Below the pieces are notes generated by a model, which did no database searches, was not told where the DNA came from, and saw nothing but the letters and a program-made list of their open reading frames with translations. The position numbers and the translations under genes were made by a program. 64,000 nt of DNA, taken from assembly GCA_965221695.1 (NCBI GenBank), contig OZ244905.1:2656001-2720000 (forward strand), given 5' to 3'. Shown here piece after piece: positions 41,742-51,048 of this stretch (position 1 is the first letter of the stretch; each line of letters begins with the position of its first letter). Source of the stretch: Gammaproteobacteria bacterium (lineage in GTDB: Bacteria; Pseudomonadota; Gammaproteobacteria; Eutrophobiales; Eutrophobiaceae).

Positions 41742-42269
41742 TTATGGGCTTTGGTCAACCTGGGCGTCGGGTTCGGCAGTATCCTGCTTTTGTTCCTGCT
41801 CCGGTGGCTCCTCCCCGACGCCGTCACCGGGAAGCGGCAGTTTGCCGATCAGTTTGCTAAAAAAGCCGCGTTGTTTGTGCTCTCTTAGTGGAACATCGAC
41901 GATCCGGGTGGGTTTGTTTGCCAAATCCTCCGGCCTTTCCGGCCCCCGCGCCACGTCGCCGTCTATATAGGCAAGTTTATCGTCCTCGAAGTGCAGCGTG
42001 ACATGGCGCTGTTTGCGCTTGCGGCCGCCTTTTGAAAACGTGTAGATATATTCCCAGCGATTGGTGTGAAAAGGGTCGACCAGAGTAGGCGTTCCCATAA
42101 TGAATTGCACCTGGTTCTTATCCATGCCAGGCTTCAACCGGGATAACATTTTGCTGTCGATGATACTTCCTTGCTGGATATCTATCCGATACACCCCGGG
42201 CAGTTTGAAAGTTCCCTCGTGGGCGCAGGCGACGAGTAAAAAAACCGATAACAGCAATATATATCTCAT
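41742..42269 (-). CDS. bamE: Outer membrane protein assembly lipoprotein
   Basis: Lipobox LVAC; 'YRIDIQQG', 'GM.K.QV.F..GTP...DPF...RW.Y'; divergent from fur. Confidence 0.93.
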   Translation of the reverse strand: MRYILLLSVFLLVACAHEGTFKLPGVYRIDIQQGSIIDSKMLSRLKPGMDKNQVQFIMGTPTLVDPFHTNRWEYIYTFSKGGRKRKQRHVTLHFEDDKLAYIDGDVARGPERPEDLANKPTRIVDVPLREHKQRGFFSKLIGKLPLPGDGVGEEPPEQEQKQDTAEPDAQVDQSP

Positions 42270-42497
42270 AAGACAGCAACTCCGGGCCTAAAACTACAAT
42301 TTTTTTCTCCATATGCAGTATACTTGACTTTAATCCGCATTTCTCACCAGATGATGAGTTCAACGTATCAAGCGCAGCGTGTTATATCGAAAAGTGTGAG
42401 AATGACCATAACTTGTAGATAGTAAAAACTTAGTGGTAGCAATAGGCGGCCTGGCGAGCGATCCGGGCTATTATTTATTCAAGTCAGGAAACATCTT

Positions 42498-42908
42498 ATG
42501 GACAGCAAGTCTCTGAAAGAGGCAGGTTTAAAAGCAACACTGCCGCGCATCCGGATACTGGAGATCCTGGAGGCGTCGGCGCAAAAACATCTGAGCGCGG
42601 AAGACGTGTATAAAGCCCTGCTCGATGCTGGCGAAGATGTGGGCCTGGCGACGGTGTACCGGGTGCTTACGCAATTTGAAGGCGCCGGACTGGTCATTCG
42701 CCACCATTTCGACGCCGGTCATTCCGTATTCGAACTGGACCGCGGTAATCACCATGACCACATGGTCTGCATCAAGACCGGTAAGGTGATCGAATTCGAA
42801 AATGACAAAATCGAAATGCTGCAACGGGAGATTGCAGAAGAACATGGTTACGAGCTGCACGACCACAGCCTCGTGCTCTATGTAAAACCGAAACAGCATG
42901 AAGCTTGA
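42498..42908 (+). CDS. fur: Ferric uptake regulator
   Basis: 'AGLK.TLPR..IL', 'H.SAEDVY', 'GLATVYRVL.QF', 'HHDH'. Confidence 0.97.
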   Translation: MDSKSLKEAGLKATLPRIRILEILEASAQKHLSAEDVYKALLDAGEDVGLATVYRVLTQFEGAGLVIRHHFDAGHSVFELDRGNHHDHMVCIKTGKVIEFENDKIEMLQREIAEEHGYELHDHSLVLYVKPKQHEA

Positions 42909-43037
42909 AGTTCTGACCCCGAGATCATAGTTGACCCCATAGTTGGCCCCGGAGTTGATAGGTCTCCGACCACTGCGCCGTCGAACAGCGTGCCGGCGGC
43001 TACCCGTCACGATCCGGCCGGTCATCACATCCTGTTG

Positions 43038-43306
43038 CTAGTACTCTTTCAACTTAATTTTGACATATTCAGCGGGTCGGGAAGCGGTTGAGCGCAAGGC
43101 GCGGCGCGCAGGGAATGGCGCGCCCTTCGCAAGCGGCGTAACGCAGCGGGCGACCGCTTCCCGGCCCGCCCGCAGGGAGCCCCACAGCGACGCCAATACG
43201 GCGTTGCAGCCCTTGGCAAGGACTCGCCATTCCCGGCGGGCTGCGCCTTGTCTTGTCGTCGCTGTGTGGCTCTGAACATGTCAAAATTAAGTTGAAAGAG
43301 TACTAG
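43038..43306. mobile_element. MITE (non-autonomous) with 35-bp terminal inverted repeats including CTAG ends
   Basis: CTAGTACTCTTTCAACTTAATTTTGACATATTCAG (43038-43072) and its inverted copy (43272-43306) differ at 1 position; GC-rich interior, no transposase. Confidence 0.88.
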
Positions 43307-43331
43307 ACTGTCTGACAGATACTGAAATCTG

Positions 43332-44282
43332 TCACCTCCCGGCCTGACTGATATTCTGTCTTGCCTGTTCCAGTATTTCACAGAGTTGCCGCGTTCCCTG
43401 CAGAATCCGGGGAGTATGGCGCTGGATAATGTCAGGGTCTATGAAAAACAGGTTGCCGTACCTTACAGCGTTGACGAAAGACCATTGCTTCCAGTCATCC
43501 AGCCAGTCCGGTCTCGCTTCGTTCATCCCGCTGACGATGATGGTGTCGGGATTTTCCGCCAACACAGCCTCCTTGCCCACCGCCGGCGTAGGGCTGCCCA
43601 GGCCGGCAAATATATTGGAACCGCCGCATAACCGGATCACATTACCGATGATCTGCCTGTCCGTAACGGTGATCAGCGGACTGGGCCAGACCTGGTAGAA
43701 AACGGTAACTTTCTCCAGTCCCGAGTACCTGTTGCGCAACCCCGAGAGCCTGTCAATATAAGCCTGGGCAACGGCCCGGGCTCCGGCTTCCCGCCCTCCG
43801 AGGATTCCGAACCGGATGATATCCGCGGCAACATCTTCAAGCTCGCTAGGCTCATTCACATAGACGGTCAGACCCAGTTTCATTAGTCTCTCAACCTGTT
43901 GGTATTGATTCCCCTCTTTCCAGGCAACCACCAGGTCGGGTTGCAGGGCCAGTATCGTTTCTATATCGATATTGTTATACCCGCCCACCGTCGGAATCCT
44001 GCGCGCCGCCGCCGGGTAGTCACTGTAAGCGACTGCCCCAATGACCCTGTCACCGATGCCCGCGGCAAACAGGTTCTCAGTGATGTGCGGCGCCAGGCTG
44101 ACGATGCGCGTGGCCGGTTGTTCCAACGTTACCGTCCGCCCGATATCGTCGACCGCGGTGATCACTCGGGCGCCGTATGCGCTATCAGGGGTCAGCGTAA
44201 CCATACCCAGCAACAGCGCTGCGCAAGTTACCAGCGACCGGTTTTTTTCTTTGGCCCGGGATATCTGCTCTATACTGTCCAT
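43332..44282 (-). CDS. btuF: Cobalamin-binding periplasmic protein
   Basis: '[16 protein letters not shown]', 'YSDYP.AA..IP.VG.Y', 'I.LCGG.NIF', 'R.TPR'; start moved to ATG 44282. Confidence 0.88.
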   Translation of the reverse strand: MDSIEQISRAKEKNRSLVTCAALLLGMVTLTPDSAYGARVITAVDDIGRTVTLEQPATRIVSLAPHITENLFAAGIGDRVIGAVAYSDYPAAARRIPTVGGYNNIDIETILALQPDLVVAWKEGNQYQQVERLMKLGLTVYVNEPSELEDVAADIIRFGILGGREAGARAVAQAYIDRLSGLRNRYSGLEKVTVFYQVWPSPLITVTDRQIIGNVIRLCGGSNIFAGLGSPTPAVGKEAVLAENPDTIIVSGMNEARPDWLDDWKQWSFVNAVRYGNLFFIDPDIIQRHTPRILQGTRQLCEILEQARQNISQAGR

Positions 44283-44304
44283 CTCAAATTTATCTCCGAT
44301 AGCA

Positions 44305-45786
44305 ATGCCTGCTGAAACCATAATGATACAAGGCACGACCTCCGATGCCGGCAAAAGCATACTGGTCACAGGGCTATGCCGGGTCCTGGCTCGTGCGGGA
44401 TTATCCGTCACGCCATTCAAACCACAGAATATGGCATTGAATTCCGCTGTTACCGTGGATGGCGGAGAAATCGGCCGCGCCCAGGCTCTGCAGGCCCGGG
44501 CCTGCGGCCTGGAACCCATGATCGATATGAATCCGGTGCTGCTGAAACCCAATACCGATATCGGCGCACAGGTAATCGTACACGGCAGGGTCGACTCAAC
44601 CCTGGATGCACAAGCATACCATGAAAGAAAACCTGCTTTGCTGCACGCCGTGATGGAATCCTATCGGCGTTTGCAGGACAGTTATCAGTATATCGTGGTA
44701 GAAGGCGCCGGCAGCCCGGCGGAGATTAACCTGCGGGATCGGGATATTGCCAACATGGGTTTCGCCGAAGTGGCCGATTGCCCGGTTGTCCTGATCGCTG
44801 ATATCGACAAGGGCGGCGTGTTCGCGCACCTGGTCGGGACGCTAGCCCTGCTCAGCGACAGCGAACGGCAACGGGTGAGCGGATTTGTGATCAACAAGTT
44901 CCGCGGTGATATTGAATTGTTACGCCCGGGGTTGTCTTGGCTGGAACAGAACACGGACAAGAAGGTATTGGGGGTGTTGCCTTACTTGCACGGGTTACAC
45001 CTGGACGCGGAAGACGCGATCTCGCCGAATGCGGATGTTCTGCCGCAACAACACGCGCTCAAAGTCATCGCCCCGGTATTTCCCCGCATCAGCAACCATA
45101 CCGATTTCGACCCATTACGCTTGCACCCACAGGTGGATTTCAGGTTTATCGGTCCCGGGCAGGCAATCCCACCCGCTGACTTGATCATATTACCGGGCAC
45201 CAAGAACGTGCGCAATGACCTGCAATGGATGCAAGACAACCACTGGTTCCCGGCCATCTATCGGCACCTGCGTTATGGAGGAAAACTCATCGGTATCTGC
45301 GGTGGCTACCAGATGCTGGGATCGGTTATCGCCGACCCTTTGGGCATAGAAGGCAAACCTGGCAGCAGCGAGGGCCTTGGCTTGCTGCAGATGGAAACGG
45401 AGTTGCGCCCGCAAAAACAGTTGAAACGGCTACGCGCTCGCCTGGCGTTCGATGATACCCCGGTCGAGGGTTACGAGATACATGCCGGGATCACGCGAGG
45501 TAAAGCTCTGCAAAGGCCGGCAGTGCTGTTACCGGACAGGCAGGATGGCGCGATCTCCGAAGACAACAGCATCCTGGGGTGTTACCTGCATGGCCTGTTC
45601 GATGACGACGCGGCTTGTTCAGCTTTACTGCAATGGGCGGGCCTGGAACGGCCACAGGCAACGGATTACCGCGCCATCAGAGAGCAGCAGATCGACCGCC
45701 TGGCCGATGTGATAGAAGAAGAGATCGATTTAACAAGATTATTCCCGCTGCCCCATACCATTCCCGCGAAAGCGGGAATCTACTGA
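44305..45786 (+). CDS. cobQ: Cobyric acid synthase
   Basis: '[11 protein letters not shown]', '[11 protein letters not shown]', '[11 protein letters not shown]', '[10 protein letters not shown]', '[10 protein letters not shown]', 'YLHGLF'; start moved to ATG 44305. Confidence 0.96.
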   Translation: MPAETIMIQGTTSDAGKSILVTGLCRVLARAGLSVTPFKPQNMALNSAVTVDGGEIGRAQALQARACGLEPMIDMNPVLLKPNTDIGAQVIVHGRVDSTLDAQAYHERKPALLHAVMESYRRLQDSYQYIVVEGAGSPAEINLRDRDIANMGFAEVADCPVVLIADIDKGGVFAHLVGTLALLSDSERQRVSGFVINKFRGDIELLRPGLSWLEQNTDKKVLGVLPYLHGLHLDAEDAISPNADVLPQQHALKVIAPVFPRISNHTDFDPLRLHPQVDFRFIGPGQAIPPADLIILPGTKNVRNDLQWMQDNHWFPAIYRHLRYGGKLIGICGGYQMLGSVIADPLGIEGKPGSSEGLGLLQMETELRPQKQLKRLRARLAFDDTPVEGYEIHAGITRGKALQRPAVLLPDRQDGAISEDNSILGCYLHGLFDDDAACSALLQWAGLERPQATDYRAIREQQIDRLADVIEEEIDLTRLFPLPHTIPAKAGIY

Positions 45787-45975
45787 GACAAGGGGTCGCC
45801 CTGCGGGCGACACTGAATTTGACTGGACTCCCGCTTTCGCGGGAGTGGTATGGTGGCGGTGTTCACGGACATGCCCCCTATCCCATTCCCGTGAAAACGG
45901 GAATCCAGTGAGACAAAGAGTCGCCTTTCGGGCGACACTGTATTGACTGGACTCCTGCTCTTGGGGGAGTGATAC
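45753..45975. repeat. Two tandem REPIN-like units (inverted REP pair around a GTCGCC-N-GGCGAC hairpin)
   Basis: ATTCCCGCGAAAGCGGGAATC...GTCGCCCTGCGGGCGAC...GACTCCCGCTTTCGCGGGAGT, repeated twice. Confidence 0.85.
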
Positions 45976-46061
45976 GAGGGAATGCCTTGGCCTTAGGCAA
46001 CAGTTACGTGCAATCGGGGCGTTCGGATCACTGAAAAATGGTTTATAATCGCCGCTGTATG

Positions 46062-46251
46062 CAGGTTTCCACCGGGCAGGTCTGCCGGGTGGATTAACGG
46101 GAAGCCTGGTGAGCTTTCACAAGTGATTCCAGCACTGCCCCCGCAACGGTGATCAGCCTTGGTCCCGGACGTTACCACTGTGCATCGCATGGGAAGGTGT
46201 TCGGGACGTTGACTGGCGACAGTCAGCGCTGTCAGTCCGGAGACCGACCTG
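46062..46251 (+). ncRNA. Cobalamin (AdoCbl) riboswitch
   Basis: TTAACGGGAA.C.GGTG, ACTGCCCCCGCAACGGTGA, CCACTG...GGGAAGG, B12-box-like AGTCCGGAGACCGACCTG; TATAAT at 46044-46049; upstream of btuB. Confidence 0.93.
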
Positions 46252-46416
46252 GATATGCCGGACCGGGACCAGCCCGCGTGACTCACCATCTGGTGTGAAA
46301 CACGTCTGAAGCCCGGCGCCGTTAATGACATGTTGCGGAGGGCGGCATAGGGCATTCACCTGCTCATTGTTCCCTCTTTGCTGCTGTCTGAGTTCGAATT
46401 CTACGGGAGTGAAGAT

Positions 46417-48237
46417 GTGAACAAAGCAGTTATCCGGGCGCTGCTGGTTTGCGCCGTTCTCTACGGGCCGGTGATCCAGGCAGCCCAGCAGGAAGAAATT
46501 ATCGTAACCGGGACGCGCGCGCCCATTGAAGCAAACAGGTTGCCGGCTGCTGTTACCGTGATTGATCGGGCGGAGATCGAGAAGCGGCAAGTACAGTCCC
46601 TGCCTGATCTGTTGCGCGGCATCGCCGGGATAGACGTGGCGGTCAGCGGCGGCTACGGCAAAGCGGCGGCGGTCCGCCTGCGCGGCACCGAGAACCATCA
46701 CGCGCTGGTCGTTGTTGATGGCGTCAGGGTTGGCTCGGCAACCCTTGGCTATGCACCCCTTCACCATACCCCCCTGGCGCATGTGGACCGTATCGAAATC
46801 CTGCGCGGTCCCCGTTCCAGTCTCTGGGGGTCTGAGGCGTTGGGCGGCGTGATTCTGATATCCACCCGCAGGGGTTCAGGAGAAAAGCCCCGTTACAGCC
46901 TGGATGCGGGTGGCGGGTCTTACGGCGCCTTCGAAGTTACCGGCGGCGTCAGCGGCGCATACCGGGATTTTGACTACAGCGCTGCCGTTTCTCGATTTGA
47001 TACCCGCGGTATCGATGCGAGACAACCTATCAGCGGCCTGTTTGGTGTCGACCAGCCGGATAAAGACGGTTATGACAATCTTTCCATGCAGTTGCGCGCG
47101 GGCTATGAATTCAGCGCTGACGGCAGGATCGAGGCCTTCCTCCTGAGGACGGAAGGTACTACAGAATACGACGGTAACTTCCAGGATGAGACCGACTACC
47201 TGCAACAGGTCGCAGGTGGTTCGCTTTCAATCAGCCCGCTCGAGCGCTGGAACATGTCTTTGCAGTTGTCTGAGTCCCGGGATGAAGCAGATAATTTCTC
47301 CCCGTCGGGTGGGCGCTCTTCACGCTTCGACAGCCGGCTCCGGCAGTTGTCATGGCAAAACCATATCGCGTTGTTGAATGATAATTCATTGACATTCGGT
47401 GTGGATTACCGGGAAGACAAGGTCAGCAGTTCCAGCGGCTACGACCGCACCCGTCGAAACAACACTGGCCTGTTCGGACAGTACGGCGTGGATTTTCACG
47501 GCCACCAGTTACTGGCATCGGTTCGCTGGGACGATGATGGGGTATTTGGCGACAAGACGACAGGGGGAGTGGGTTGGAATTACGCCTGGGGTGACGCGCT
47601 GCGTGTGTATGCCGCATACGGTACCGCTTACCGGACGCCCACTTTTAATGAGCTGTTTTTTCCTTTTTTCGGTAATCCGGACCTGCGGCCGGAGACCGCC
47701 GATTCCTGGGAAGCGGGACTGGAGGGCCGGCATGCGCGTTTCCGCTGGCATTTGCGGGCGTATCACATGCAGGCGGAGGACCTCATCGTTACCGTCTGTG
47801 ACCAGTTTTTCAACTGTGCCCCGGAAAACGCCAACGAGGCTGAAATAACCGGTGTGGAGGGCGAGCTTTACGCGCAATGGAATAATTGGGATGCCGTGCT
47901 GGCTGTGGAATATCTCGATCCCGAGGATAAAAACACGGGGAACAGGCTGGCACGCCGGGTGAAGCAGCGGTTATCGATTGACCTCAGACGGGATTTGGGC
48001 AGATTCAGCTTCGGCACACGACTGCTTGCCGAAGGGAATCGGTTCGATAATGCCGCCAACACGATCAGGGTCGGCGGGTTCGTGACGCTGGATTTATCGG
48101 CAGAGTACCGTCTAAATGAGCGCCTGACATTACGCGCAAAGGCGGCAAACCTGCTGGACAAGTCGTACCAGACTGTCAATACCTACAACTCCTTCGATCG
48201 GAACTTCTTCTTGTCGTTCCATTATCGAAGCCGATGA
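46417..48237 (+). CDS. btuB: TonB-dependent cobalamin receptor
   Basis: Signal peptide, TonB box EEIIVTGTR, plug 'LVVVDG', 'RIEILRGPRSSL.GS.A.GGVI', 'P.FN.L..P..GNPDL.PE'; riboswitch upstream; GTG start with GGGAG RBS. Confidence 0.9.
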   Translation: MNKAVIRALLVCAVLYGPVIQAAQQEEIIVTGTRAPIEANRLPAAVTVIDRAEIEKRQVQSLPDLLRGIAGIDVAVSGGYGKAAAVRLRGTENHHALVVVDGVRVGSATLGYAPLHHTPLAHVDRIEILRGPRSSLWGSEALGGVILISTRRGSGEKPRYSLDAGGGSYGAFEVTGGVSGAYRDFDYSAAVSRFDTRGIDARQPISGLFGVDQPDKDGYDNLSMQLRAGYEFSADGRIEAFLLRTEGTTEYDGNFQDETDYLQQVAGGSLSISPLERWNMSLQLSESRDEADNFSPSGGRSSRFDSRLRQLSWQNHIALLNDNSLTFGVDYREDKVSSSSGYDRTRRNNTGLFGQYGVDFHGHQLLASVRWDDDGVFGDKTTGGVGWNYAWGDALRVYAAYGTAYRTPTFNELFFPFFGNPDLRPETADSWEAGLEGRHARFRWHLRAYHMQAEDLIVTVCDQFFNCAPENANEAEITGVEGELYAQWNNWDAVLAVEYLDPEDKNTGNRLARRVKQRLSIDLRRDLGRFSFGTRLLAEGNRFDNAANTIRVGGFVTLDLSAEYRLNERLTLRAKAANLLDKSYQTVNTYNSFDRNFFLSFHYRSR

Positions 48238-48309
48238 ACTGACAAGGGCGCCGGGCGCGCTGGCGCTCTTTCAACCTGGGATTGCCGCATGAATACTTGG
48301 GCAAGCTAA

Positions 48310-48337
48310 GGAACCTCTGGATTAAGTCAGAGTTTCC
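48310..48337. repeat. Minimal IS5-like MITE (fused terminal repeats) flanked by CTAA
   Basis: ctaa-GGAACCTCTGGATTAAGTCAGAGTTTCC-ctaa. Confidence 0.75.
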
Positions 48338-48341
48338 CTAA

Positions 48342-48492
48342 GGAAACTCTGAACAAGTCCATCCTGGACTTGTCAGAGTACGGAAAGCAAAAATGCGATT
48401 TTTGTTTTCCTCACAAAATCAATGTCTTACAGTCATTGATATTGACGATACATCCTTGTATCGTAGGAACCTCTGACTTAATCAGAGGTTCC
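48342..48492 (+). mobile_element. Full-length IS5-like MITE (about 150 bp, five hairpins), CTAA target duplication
   Basis: ctaa-GGAAACTCTGAACAAGTC...GACTTAATCAGAGGTTCC-ctaa; the end resembles IS5 GGAAGGTGCGAACAAGTC. Confidence 0.8.
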
Positions 48493-48594
48493 CTAATATT
48501 ACAAAGAGTTTTGTTGTCCACTGGATTCCTGCTGTTGCGGTAATGGTATAGATTGGCGGACAATATCAGGTTGAATAACCCATGAGATTGAAAG

Positions 48595-49200
48595 ATGACC
48601 GACAAGACAATCAGCGCTGACGAGCACAAGCAGAAGATGCAGGAGCAGCAACGCCAGGTGCGCGCCAAGATCGCGGCGGCGAAAACAAGGCGCGGGATCA
48701 TCCTCTACCTGTACGGCAACGGCAAGGGAAAAAGCAGTTCGGCATTCGGCACCCTGGCCAGAAGCATTGGTCACGGTAAAAAAGGCGCGGTGGTGCAATT
48801 CATCAAGGGTAAATGGAAGACCGGGGAGCAAGCGATTTTCAAACAACTGGGCGTGAAACACCTGGTTATGGCAACTGGGTTTACCTGGGACACCCAGGAC
48901 CGGGAGAAGGACATCGCCGCCGCGGCAGCGGTCTGGAACGACGCGCTCCCGTTGTTCCGGGACCCTGCTTACGATATTGTGGTCCTCGATGAAATAACCT
49001 ACATGTTCAAGTATGGCTACCTGCCGGCAGACGCCGTCTGCGAAGTCCTGCTGGCCCGGCCGGAGAAACAGAACGTGATTATCACCGGCAGGGACCCGAT
49101 CCCGGAATTGCTGGAGATTGCCGATACCATCAGCGAGGTCAAGGAAATCCGCCATGCCTTCCACCAGGGCATCAAGGCACAGAAAGGCATAGAGTATTAA
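48595..49200 (+). CDS. cobO: Cob(I)yrinic acid a,c-diamide / corrinoid adenosyltransferase
   Basis: 'GNGKGKSS.AFG...R..GHG', 'VQFIKG.W.TGE', 'GFTW.TQ', 'VLDE', 'TGR', 'HAF..G.KAQ.GI'. Confidence 0.95.
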   Translation: MTDKTISADEHKQKMQEQQRQVRAKIAAAKTRRGIILYLYGNGKGKSSSAFGTLARSIGHGKKGAVVQFIKGKWKTGEQAIFKQLGVKHLVMATGFTWDTQDREKDIAAAAAVWNDALPLFRDPAYDIVVLDEITYMFKYGYLPADAVCEVLLARPEKQNVIITGRDPIPELLEIADTISEVKEIRHAFHQGIKAQKGIEY

Positions 49201-49360
49201 AGAAGCTCTGAACAAGTCCATCCTGGACTTGCCAGAGCACGCACAACAAAAATGCGATTTTGTTGTGCTCACATATTCAATAACTTGCAGTCATTGAATA
49301 TGGCGATACATCCTTGAATCGCAAGAAGCTCTGAACAAGTCCATCCTGGACTTGACAGAG
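49201..49360 (+). mobile_element. IS5-like MITE copy with duplicated left-end hairpin
   Basis: AGAAGCTCTGAACAAGTCCATCCTGGACTTG occurs twice; interior similar to 48342-48492. Confidence 0.78.
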
Positions 49361-49365
49361 ATTAC

Positions 49366-51036
49366 TTAACCGGAACCTGCGAGCATTTCCCGCGCATGAT
49401 CACGGGACTGTTGCGATATCCTGATGCCGCCCAGCATGCGGGCGATTTCTTCCACCCGTTGTTCATCCGTCAGCACATCGACCCGGGTTTCAGTGGTTAT
49501 ACTGTCGGAGGTTTTCGTTACCCTGAAGTGGTTATCGCCCTGCGAGGCTACCTGCGGCAAATGGGTAACGCACAGTACCTGCCGGCGTTCCGCTAAGCTG
49601 TGTAACCGGTTGCCGACGATTTCCGCGATCCCGCCGGCAATTCCCGCGTCCACTTCGTCGAAAATCAACGTCGACGCGCCGCTGTCCCGGTTTGCGCTGA
49701 CCTGCAGCGCAAGGCCGATGCGCGACAGTTCACCGCCGGAGGCGACTTTTCTCAGCGGTAACAACGCTTGCCCGGGATTGGTGGAAACGAGGAATTCCAC
49801 CTGGTTGTTCCCGTTTCTGTGGGGTTTCAGGTCCGCACCCGGGGTGACATTGATTTGAAATCTCCCTTCAGGCATACCCAGGGTACGTATTCTGTCGCTG
49901 ATGTCCGTAGCCATGTCTGCCGCGCACCGGCGCCGGCATTCACCCAGTTCATCTGCGGCCGATCGGTATTCCTCCAGCGCCCGTTGTTGTTCCTGTTCGA
50001 GTTCCGCCTGGCGCGTGCGATTGTGCTCCAGCGTACCCAGTTGCTGCGTTATCAATTGCTGGTGCGCGTAAAGCTGTTGCGGCTGTACCCGGTGTTTGCG
50101 GGCCAAATCGTGCAACTTCCCCATGCGTTGTTCCACCTCACCCAGGCGCGCAGGGTCCTGGTCCAGCTTGCCCAGGTAAGAGCGCAGTTCGTCGCTGGCC
50201 TCGGCAATGTGCAGAGACGCATTCTCCAGCAGTCCGGTTATGGTTGCCAGGGTTGAATCGAAGCGTTCCAGGTCAGCGAGATCCTTTTTGATGTGGTTGA
50301 TCCTGTCGTTTGCCGACTTTTCGCCGGTATATAATCCGTCCAGGGCCTGTTGTGCCGTTTCCAGCAAGCTGTGCATGTTGACCAGACGCTTGTAATCATG
50401 TTCCAGCCGTTCCACTTCGTTCTCTTCCACTTCAAGCGCCTGCAGTTCCTCCACCTGGTACCTGAGCAGGGATAATCGTTCACCTGCATCTCCGTCAGGT
50501 TCGGTGAGTGCACGCAAGGCCCTGTCTATTTCGTCCCAGTGTTCGTATGCCCGACTGACCCGCGCCAGGACCTCGTCATAGTCCCCGAAGCCGTCCAGCA
50601 ATTCCCTTTGCGCATCTCTTTTCAACAACTTCTGGTGTTCGTGTTGCCCATGGATATCTATCAGCAGCGCGCCGATGTCGCGCAGTAACTGCAAGGGGAC
50701 GGGAGTGGTATCGATATAAGCGCGCGAAGGGCCTTCCCTGTTAACCGCCCGGCGCAACAGCAATTCGTTTTCTGCGCAGGTGATGGACTGTTCGTCCAGT
50801 AATTGCATCAGCGACTCATTTCCACCCACATCGAACAGCGCGCTGATCTCGGCGCGTGCGCACCCGGTTCGTATCACTGTGGTATCCGCCCGGTCGCCCA
50901 GCACCAGCCCCAGGGCATCGATCAAAATGGATTTGCCGGCGCCGGTCTCGCCGGTAAGCACCGTCAGGCCCTCACAGAACGACAGCTCGAGATTTTCAAT
51001 TACCGCCAGATTGTTAATACAAAGATGTTTCAGCAT
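49366..51036 (-). CDS. recN: DNA repair protein RecN
   Basis: 'TGETGAGKS', 'IHGQH', 'KVASGGELSR', 'FDEVDAG', 'VTHLPQVA', 'E.ARMLGG'. Confidence 0.97.
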   Translation of the reverse strand: MLKHLCINNLAVIENLELSFCEGLTVLTGETGAGKSILIDALGLVLGDRADTTVIRTGCARAEISALFDVGGNESLMQLLDEQSITCAENELLLRRAVNREGPSRAYIDTTPVPLQLLRDIGALLIDIHGQHEHQKLLKRDAQRELLDGFGDYDEVLARVSRAYEHWDEIDRALRALTEPDGDAGERLSLLRYQVEELQALEVEENEVERLEHDYKRLVNMHSLLETAQQALDGLYTGEKSANDRINHIKKDLADLERFDSTLATITGLLENASLHIAEASDELRSYLGKLDQDPARLGEVEQRMGKLHDLARKHRVQPQQLYAHQQLITQQLGTLEHNRTRQAELEQEQQRALEEYRSAADELGECRRRCAADMATDISDRIRTLGMPEGRFQINVTPGADLKPHRNGNNQVEFLVSTNPGQALLPLRKVASGGELSRIGLALQVSANRDSGASTLIFDEVDAGIAGGIAEIVGNRLHSLAERRQVLCVTHLPQVASQGDNHFRVTKTSDSITTETRVDVLTDEQRVEEIARMLGGIRISQQSRDHAREMLAGSG

Positions 51037-51048
51037 CGGGTAACCGGC

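Noticed and set aside
42914-42960. Imperfect ATAGTTG(A/G)CCCC repeats after fur
   Set aside because: Only 2-3 degenerate 12-mers with no supporting structure.
44041-44552. Apparent 500-bp overlap of extended btuF and cobQ ORFs
   Set aside because: The ORF caller used upstream starts; homology begins at 44282 (minus) and 44305 (plus).
45753-49360. Clustered palindromic repeats as a CRISPR array
   Set aside because: No regular repeat-spacer periodicity and no cas genes; the units are REPIN/MITE-like and dispersed.
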